Positions 60,401 through 64,000 of a stretch of DNA of 64,000 nt are shown here, one piece after another. Where the stretch lies: assembly GCA_976226885.1 (NCBI GenBank), contig OZ320319.1, forward strand, positions 74,152,001 through 74,216,000. The letters run 5' to 3'. Under the pieces are notes generated by a model. The model was not told the DNA's origin, searched no databases, and worked only from the letters and a program-made list of their open reading frames with translations. This DNA is from Iphione sp. A-MEVVRFRX5 (Eukaryota). The position numbers were made by a program, and so were the translations under genes. How positions within the stretch are numbered: position 1 is the stretch's first letter; every line of letters starts with the position of its first letter.

Positions 60401-63200
60401 TATGTGGTTCTACAGAGTCTGGCTCTGGAAATAATTATGGACATTGCTGGTTTCCTATCCATGGACCCTTCTGGACACGGAGACCCAAAGTCCAGAGCTC
60501 ATAGACAAGGTCACACTCCTATTCATTGTTATAAGTTCATGTTTTTTTCCAGTGCATGGACTCCATGCTCCAGAAGATGTTTCCAAACACATGGAAAGCG
60601 GGCCTAAGGGACTAATTAGTGTATGAGTGATGGCAGTCACCTCTCATGCAGTTAGTTTCTGGTGTACCATTGTATCAAGAGTCCAATGTACCAAATGTTA
60701 TCACTTAAACTGGTATCTGTAAATATGTACTACTAAAACGTCGGGGTAGGGTAGGATGGATGATGGATTTGTTACACATGCAAAATATAGTATATTTTTA
60801 TTACTTGTGTCCGCCTGGTCGTCGGCAACATCGCCATTGGTTGATGAACTTGTAGTAGAAGATGCCTTTCTTGGAGCAGAGCTACTCTCATGTTTGAGCG
60901 GCTCTTCAGATTCACTTTGACTCTCTGCCAGGAGAATGTTAGGCCAAACAAAAGGAAGAAATGGAAAAAAGAGGCATGTGGATATTTACAAAAAGGAACA
61001 GATATTGATGAAGAAAACAAACCACATGATAGGATCAAATAAAGTAAAGATAAGAGTTGTATTACTGAACACTTAAATAAATTCCGTGGAAAAAATACAG
61101 TAGGAGGGCATTACTCAAAGGACATGAACTACTTAGTCTACGTATAACAAGAAATAAAACTTATGTTTAAGCAGACCTATGCTTAAACACAAGTTTGAAA
61201 AGCATATGAGAAAAAGAAAACAAGAAGGTACAAGGATTTTTTAAAAGTAAAAACATATATGTGCTTTTTACATATAATTATCTGAAGAACTTAACAAAAC
61301 GAAAGCAAAAAAGAGCAAACCTAAGCTAAAAGCAAGTTGTGGTTGGTGAAGATACAAGTTAAGCTATTAATTGCCTCTCACCATCCTCTTCGTCTGAGCC
61401 CGACAGGTGAGTTGTCTGGAAGTTGCCCTGAATCGCGATCGTTTGGTTCGCACTCTTGCCATCCGTCACAAAGGAATGTTGCGGGGTGGGAGGAGCCACA
61501 TTGACCTTCACAGCCGGGCGTGTCAGTGGAGGGAGCTCATACTCGTACGTGGCAAATGCTGCCGTAAGATATATTGAGTGCAATGTGGGTACATGTACAT
61601 ACAAACAGCCCAGTAGATTGTGTATTTGAGGAACTAGCCATCTACAAAAAAACTACCTCAGAGAGGCCTGTCAGAGCCGCCCCAACATAATGTAGAAGTA
61701 GTAAGATTAGAGGCATGAGCGAAACTAATCCAAGAGGGCTTCTCAGAGGAAGCTAACCCATCACAACGGGGGTGGGGGGGGGGGAGGAGGATAAGGGTAT
61801 ACCAAATAACGCTTCACCAAGAATTCAGATCACCCATACTTCTTCACCAAAGATAGAGAAGAAACAGAAGACGCTGTGTCAAGAACGGATTCTTCGCTAC
61901 CGCTTCACTGGTAATTGGTCAATAACGAACCGTGTTGTATTACAGTACCCAATAACGCTTCACCAAAACAGTTATCGCCCCTGTGTCACCGATTAAGAGA
62001 CTTTAGAGAAGAAAACTGCCAATATATTTCTTTAAATGAAGGGATGTTGATTCCGAAGACTGTTTTAAACTATGTACTCCACCAATCCACAGTTTTATTG
62101 GTCCCGTCCAAATGGCTGTGTTCAACAGGCAATTTGCTTTTTTTTCTTTTTTTTTTTTTTTTGGGGGGGGAGGGGGGATCGGTTGAGTTGGGCTTCCTGA
62201 ACACATGCATAAATATATTCACAGTCGGTCTCCTCTGAAGTCACTAGGTTTTCCTCTTAGAATTTATAACTCAGTATCATAATTCGTTCGTTAACCGACT
62301 GAGATAAGCCTACAGGCGGCAGGACTTTAGATATCGAGGCTGTCTATTTCAACATACATGTACATGCTTTCCTTCTCAGTAGAAAATATACCTGAATTCA
62401 AGAGACACAACACTTTGCAAGGTACTTTCCTAAGAGTCGAGGTACAGAGAACAATTCATTGTTACCAACTCAATAATTTATAACATGTTATCGTATCTTA
62501 ATGATAAGCAGGAGGGGAACTGTAGTTCAGAGGGAAACATATGTAAAGGATTTATTGTAGAAAACACAAATAATTATATAATCATATAACATAGAATGAC
62601 TTCTGAGATGTAAACATGTTCGGCCGATCCCCTTCAATGTTGCTGGTGTTATGCTGAGTGATCAACTCTCTACTAACCATCCATACTGGGATCCCCTGCA
62701 GGCCTGCTGTAGGGCGCCAGGTTCGCCGTGGCTCCGATAGGTGGTAGCACACGTTGCCTGTTGAGGAGTTGCTCCTGAGTGGCCGCCCTCGATAGCGAGT
62801 CGTCCACGTCCTGCTCATCACAGGGAGAACAAGCAGAGAAGTATTGAAGCATGTATGGCTATACATATATCATATAGCATACAGTTTAAGCACAGCAGCG
62901 ACTTTGCTTCCTATAGGTAATTAATTTCTACTACACCCAAAGGTATGCAGTTCATTGTGGATAATATTTCTTATCCAGATGCGTACATGTCCGTAAACAT
63001 AGTAATAAGTAGAGACTGAGGCAATTTGCTCACCTCAATGGGTGGGAGGTTAGGGTTGCTGGGGTGAACTGCTCTCACTTCTCCGATGCTTGACCTGCGT
63101 GAGCTGGTCGTAGAACCGAACTGCTCCTTGACGGAGACAACAGGGATATCGCCCACATACTCCCGCTCCGTCTGATAGTCGGGAATGTTCCGTGCATGGG
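28026..63200 (-). CDS. KIAA2012: Large multi-exon gene, KIAA2012/DUF4670-like coiled-coil protein (5' end beyond window)
   Basis: At least 26 GT-AG exons join in frame, with one unresolved phase step between 32970 and 30933. About 5.5 kb of CDS. Acidic, Lys-rich and Pro-rich low-complexity body, then an E/R/K coiled coil, then RRLKYNRSLQLEAHGLEHTQDMTRAFVFSYFELL. The gene structure is seen in sequence. The KIAA2012 assignment rests on recalled similarity of the C-terminal motif and needs a profile search. Confidence 0.6.
28414..28464. repeat. (GTCT/GTCC)n tetranucleotide microsatellite
   Basis: gtctgtctgtctgtctgtctgtccgtccgtctgtc... Confidence 0.9.
29907..30057 (-). CDS. KIAA2012-like exon (coiled coil)
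   Basis: ELEEAKRKEEEELRKLEEQK...EEEEAR; phase 1-2. Confidence 0.85.
30313..30485 (-). CDS. KIAA2012-like exon (coiled coil)
   Basis: LEKLRREEEARRAEQEEREK...EEERRRK; phase 2-1. Confidence 0.85.
30756..30933 (-). CDS. KIAA2012-like exon (coiled coil)
   Basis: AREARAAKRAAQAAKRREEVDRKRKEKEE...EEMKR; 5' border uncertain (phase 1 acceptor). Confidence 0.8.
31485..31499 (-). CDS. Candidate 15-nt microexon (DSDED)
   Basis: tatcccatag|GATTCTGATGAGGAC|gtaagt. Confidence 0.45.
32970..32996 (-). CDS. 27-nt microexon (EKNEKIEQE)
   Basis: gtcatgttcag|...|gtaagg, phase 0-0. Confidence 0.6.
33326..33532 (-). CDS. KIAA2012-like exon
   Basis: APTPAPSESVHSIITPTPEPEEEEEMEF...PDESEI; phase 0-0. Confidence 0.85.
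34153..34328. mobile_element. Tc1/mariner-type MITE
   Basis: TA-CAGTAGAAC...GGTTCTAGTG-TA. Confidence 0.5.
34888..35123 (-). CDS. KIAA2012-like exon (Lys/Pro-rich)
   Basis: KKPRVPPAPKAKPAAKK...VTEIVK; phase 1-0. Confidence 0.85.
36757..36796. repeat. Perfect 17-bp inverted repeat with 6-nt spacer
   Basis: CCGGAGTGCGTCAATTT-atactc-AAATTGACGCACTCCGG. Confidence 0.9.
36889..36963 (-). CDS. KIAA2012-like exon
   Basis: KVDHQAELQKLYAPIEPPPPAKDL; phase 1-1, donor GTGAGT. Confidence 0.8.
37406..37822 (+). repeat. 5' pseudo-LTR (417 bp)
   Basis: Matches 41994-42410 except at 5 positions (37529, 37544, 37728, 37784, 37810). Confidence 0.93.
37698..37746 (+). ncRNA. Type I minimal hammerhead ribozyme motif, core intact
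   Basis: CUGAGGA (37704-37710), extra A, stem II GCCU-uacuguaa-AGGC, GAAA (37728-37731), 2-bp stem III, GUA cleavage triplet (37739-37741). Stem I is short and imperfect. Hammerheads are known in PLE pseudo-LTRs. Confidence 0.65.
37949..38575 (+). CDS. PLE ORF1 / N-terminal coiled-coil region
   Basis: From ATG 37949 (MESHTDIEG...): H..ML..H...G.VPKGL and F...W...S..F...L..IL motifs recall the N-terminal region of PLE ORFs. Overlaps the RT frame in -1. Confidence 0.7.
   Translation: MESHTDIEGVNATPEGNTRDTDSTRQLNKRQRTSSSTQLTDDSSSNNNPEHDTPPMGPFRPLRQEVVSVFRTIKKLQKGVITAEHHLTMLKKHLQQGTVPKGLQANITAQIPDISPIFQLRWETASANFSTELTTILFDYWTQRLQTLTIESDNIKQEAESRCNPQELDHMNNLLKDNNKLLQEELEKRRERKLADLSKSRQQKPNKQ
38572..40739 (+). 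pseudogene. PLE reverse transcriptase plus GIY-YIG endonuclease ORF, disrupted
   Basis: IVNL*SYPLS..LLNKGLSFVP, IIKPADKGGAIV, YFLPKIHK..GRPIVS, DVSSLYTNIPH, QIKGTAMGTRMAPTYANLFM, WLRYIDDIF, INFLD, CPKGCSTC linker, VVYAISCSHCLKQYIGQT..R..H, LEEAWIRLL. In-frame TGA at 38584, 39790 and 39826, and one frameshift near 40605-40612. The frame is open upstream to 38428. Confidence 0.92.
40865..40888. promoter_or_regulatory. Three tandem CRE/ATF-like octamers upstream of PLE ORF3
   Basis: TGACGTCA-CTACGTCA-TTACGTCA, 84 bp before ATG 40972. Function is inferred. Confidence 0.5.
40972..42081 (+). CDS. PLE ORF3: 369-aa protein with two C2H2 zinc fingers, a Ser-rich tract, a CxxCxxC motif and a C-terminus encoded in the pseudo-LTR
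   Basis: CNECQGIFYGDRSLKCHVTTQH and FECKFCQKYYASRATLLRHIRKNH, then a Pro/Thr/Ser-rich region and SGSTCSGCSEC. Uninterrupted reading frame. Confidence 0.8.
   Translation: MLDQEKILTCNECQGIFYGDRSLKCHVTTQHSDKANRFECKFCQKYYASRATLLRHIRKNHAGKTRDNPYNLKVIAEIPPSTSILEPARKNPRLGRLNTVNTLKFCQNDCDPANIDVEYISHGSTLPTPLASSTPVLDENRQSTKQRLERVATRLSAIFTSDDLPLSPVHVLYNDPVIQSNCITDEQLPAICPRLPPDEFADPPKDDTPPIKTPTTEMASVKHTGLKDFDQSNNTETTNNQNKDIKSPARSAQNTKTHESSSSSSDSSSSSDSSSSSSSGSTCSGCSECSDKSSKPSKKVIPVIKPSPMMNSIHTQTVKVVDTELPVPNPYPSVGVDVLRGFLTISKNISDELHADILNMLYAKDYLLN
41994..42410 (+). repeat. 3' pseudo-LTR (417 bp)
   Basis: Direct repeat of 37406-37822; ATTAAA at 42352-42357. Confidence 0.93.
42286..42334 (+). ncRNA. Hammerhead motif, second copy, with core GAAA changed to AAAA
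   Basis: Identical to the 5' copy except A at 42316 where the 5' copy has G (37728). Confidence 0.55.
43104..43224 (-). CDS. KIAA2012-like exon
   Basis: KEEELVPVIAERPDTVKSSKSH...DDRDEFVV; donor GTAAGT. Confidence 0.82.
43433..43519 (-). CDS. KIAA2012-like exon
   Basis: VTFYNEDEEIPTSETDQEEKQDTEENLEL; donor GTAAGT. Confidence 0.8.
44526..44873 (-). CDS. KIAA2012-like exon (Glu-rich)
   Basis: LHAHEPPKKAVNESPDEG...STSSTEKE; phase 0-0. Confidence 0.8.
45124..45254 (-). CDS. KIAA2012-like exon
   Basis: MEIINYGEAEKAKSEQED...EAKSD; phase 1-0. Confidence 0.8.
45396..45444. repeat. (GTA)n trinucleotide microsatellite, ~16 units
   Basis: gtagtagtag... run. Confidence 0.95.
45984..46321. mobile_element. 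338-bp PIF/Harbinger-type MITE
   Basis: tta-GGCCTGGTTTCCATAT...ATATGGAAACCAGGCC-tta; perfect 16-bp TIR; internal direct repeat GATGGTCACGCACATAT. Confidence 0.85.
46362..46463 (-). CDS. KIAA2012-like exon
   Basis: TLPDPASAERGSPTPAGPPRSIPADRAAVTGDL; phase 1-1. Confidence 0.78.
47778..47940 (-). CDS. KIAA2012-like exon
   Basis: IYKDEQGRSFIRAKSPTS...YQEPAKK; phase 0-1. Confidence 0.8.
48338..48447 (-). CDS. KIAA2012-like exon
   Basis: SKQDPGAITAIPADVEISSDLVQSLVQDRLGPNDIE; phase 1-0. Confidence 0.8.
48974..49070 (-). CDS. KIAA2012-like exon
   Basis: AAGEEFHRRTSKSADPSVAQYRDLLRQALVNV; donor GTAAGT. Confidence 0.8.
49588..49769. mobile_element. 182-bp Tc1/mariner-type MITE
   Basis: TA-CAGTGGAAACTC...GAGTTTCCACTG-TA. 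Confidence 0.78.
50305..50668. mobile_element. 364-bp PIF/Harbinger-type MITE
   Basis: tta-GGCCCCCCCAAAAAATAGGTGTGTTTCTGGTAA...TTACCAGAAACATACCTATTTTTGTGGGGGGGGCC-tta. Confidence 0.8.
51807..51988 (-). CDS. KIAA2012-like exon
   Basis: GSPATLPVDESTVKEM...LTEHAHKIAQSVLAGDGTGENLVHDAQ; donor GTAAGA. Confidence 0.82.
52665..53126 (-). CDS. KIAA2012-like exon
   Basis: GVDQPAIDNNVAS...PPPVIQRP; phase 1-1. Confidence 0.8.
54540..55334 (-). CDS. KIAA2012-like exon (795 nt; acidic then Lys/Arg/Glu-rich)
   Basis: SESETDADCLSESEYETE...KNKTNRE; phase 1-1. Confidence 0.82.
55902..56045 (-). CDS. KIAA2012-like exon
   Basis: VSNTGSTIMAPDGNVIQVGGGISKKTDDG...QVYLNP; donor GTGAGT. Confidence 0.82.
56600..56771. 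other. Assembly gap (172 N)
   Basis: Run of N. Confidence 1.
56802..56984 (-). CDS. KIAA2012-like exon
   Basis: MSLKIGAIGSRSNSSEN...SPRSASN; phase 1-1. Confidence 0.78.
57605..57802 (-). CDS. KIAA2012-like exon
   Basis: VFPPTWEMQQTRRRYEPQEG...ISLDSD; donor GTGAGC. Confidence 0.75.
59017..59469 (-). CDS. KIAA2012-like exon
   Basis: TPSSPPPAQNCDCSPT...TNDSDGEE; phase 1-1. Confidence 0.75.
60040..60604. mobile_element. Degenerate PIF/Harbinger-type MITE
   Basis: GGCCCACTTTCCATG...CATGGAAAGCGGGCC; interior similar to 24170-24551. Confidence 0.6.
60805..60924 (-). CDS. KIAA2012-like exon
   Basis: SQSESEEPLKHESSSAPRK...DDQADT; phase 1-1. Confidence 0.75.
61382..61558 (-). CDS. KIAA2012-like exon
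   Basis: FATYEYELPPLTRPAVKVNVAPPTP...GSDEED; donor GTGAGA. Confidence 0.8.
62678..62810 (-). CDS. KIAA2012-like exon
   Basis: DVDDSLSRAATQEQLLNRQRVLPPIGA...DPSMD; phase 0-1. Confidence 0.75.
63034..63200 (-). CDS. KIAA2012-like exon (most 5' exon found in the window)
   Basis: HARNIPDYQTEREYVGDIPVVSVKEQF...NLPPIE; donor GTGAGC. Confidence 0.8.
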
Positions 63201-64000
63201 CTGGGTAATACAAAGGCAAACAACTGAATACATAGGTACATAATATAAAACCCGTCCATAGGCAGCATACGCACGCATAAGGGTTTTGTAGTAAGTCATG
63301 GCTTGTGATTTTCTTTAATGTGAGAAATGTCCGTTATTATAACGAGCTTCACTGCTGGGTTGTTCATTTGGGAGTCAAAAGAGTCTCTGGTATAGGATCT
63401 CATCAGCTGTTAGTTCATTGTCTCAGTCTCAACTTCAGTAATCATCTAGGTAATTTAACTCAGAGCTGTTTTGGTGATAAACTTTCATTTATGATTGACG
63501 AAATATAAATCATGAAACAGAATGCACATTAACTGCGAATTCTCTGTATTCGGAAATAAATCTTTCTGTTTCAGGTGGAGGAGTAAACAAAACCTTAACG
63601 ATTCAGTTAGACTTTATGTACATTTATATTCATGAATACCTTCAAGAAATTTACGAAAAACAAATAGATATAAACAGACGTTTCCATTACGAGAAACCGT
63701 AAAAACAAAACGCACCCATAATATGTGGATGATACGGTAAAGACGATACAATGAGAGGACTTACATAAATAAAGGCAAATAGATGAAAAGAGATTTAGAG
63801 AGAAATCATATACATATTTCCTACCAAAGTCGACGTAATATAATCACAGTCAGGCATTTATCTACAGTAATATTCTATTCTTATCACTAGACCACGTGTA
63901 TATGTCTATATACAACTGACATATTAAGACGGCCACGTAAAACGAGCTCGACGTTACATTCATAACAGTGGAAGGAGACACTTGATTCTACGCCCCCAAA

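Overview
Intron-rich animal genomic DNA, probably a marine invertebrate (inference from intron style and repeat content), with two N gaps. All coordinates were read by hand. (1) 1-1410: 3' end of an LTR retrotransposon, with an open Pro-rich ORF tail, a polypurine tract and a 288-bp LTR. (2) Minus strand 1854-11565: complete 5-exon calcyphosin-like EF-hand gene (206 aa). (3) About 13.9-23.7 kb: a weakly supported plus-strand gene ending in a WSC-like Cys motif, among decayed LINEs and MITEs. (4) Minus strand 28026 to beyond 63200: a large gene of at least 26 exons (more than 1,800 aa in the window, 5' end outside), with low-complexity and coiled-coil sequence and a C-terminus resembling KIAA2012/DUF4670 proteins. 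(5) In one of its introns, 37406-42410: a full-length Penelope-like element (PLE) with a 10-bp target duplication and 417-bp direct pseudo-LTRs, each carrying a hammerhead-ribozyme motif. It has ORF1, a disrupted RT plus GIY-YIG ORF, and an unexpected intact third ORF encoding a 369-aa C2H2 zinc-finger protein. That ORF is preceded by three tandem CRE-like octamers and ends inside the pseudo-LTR. This three-ORF PLE is the best candidate for an undescribed system.
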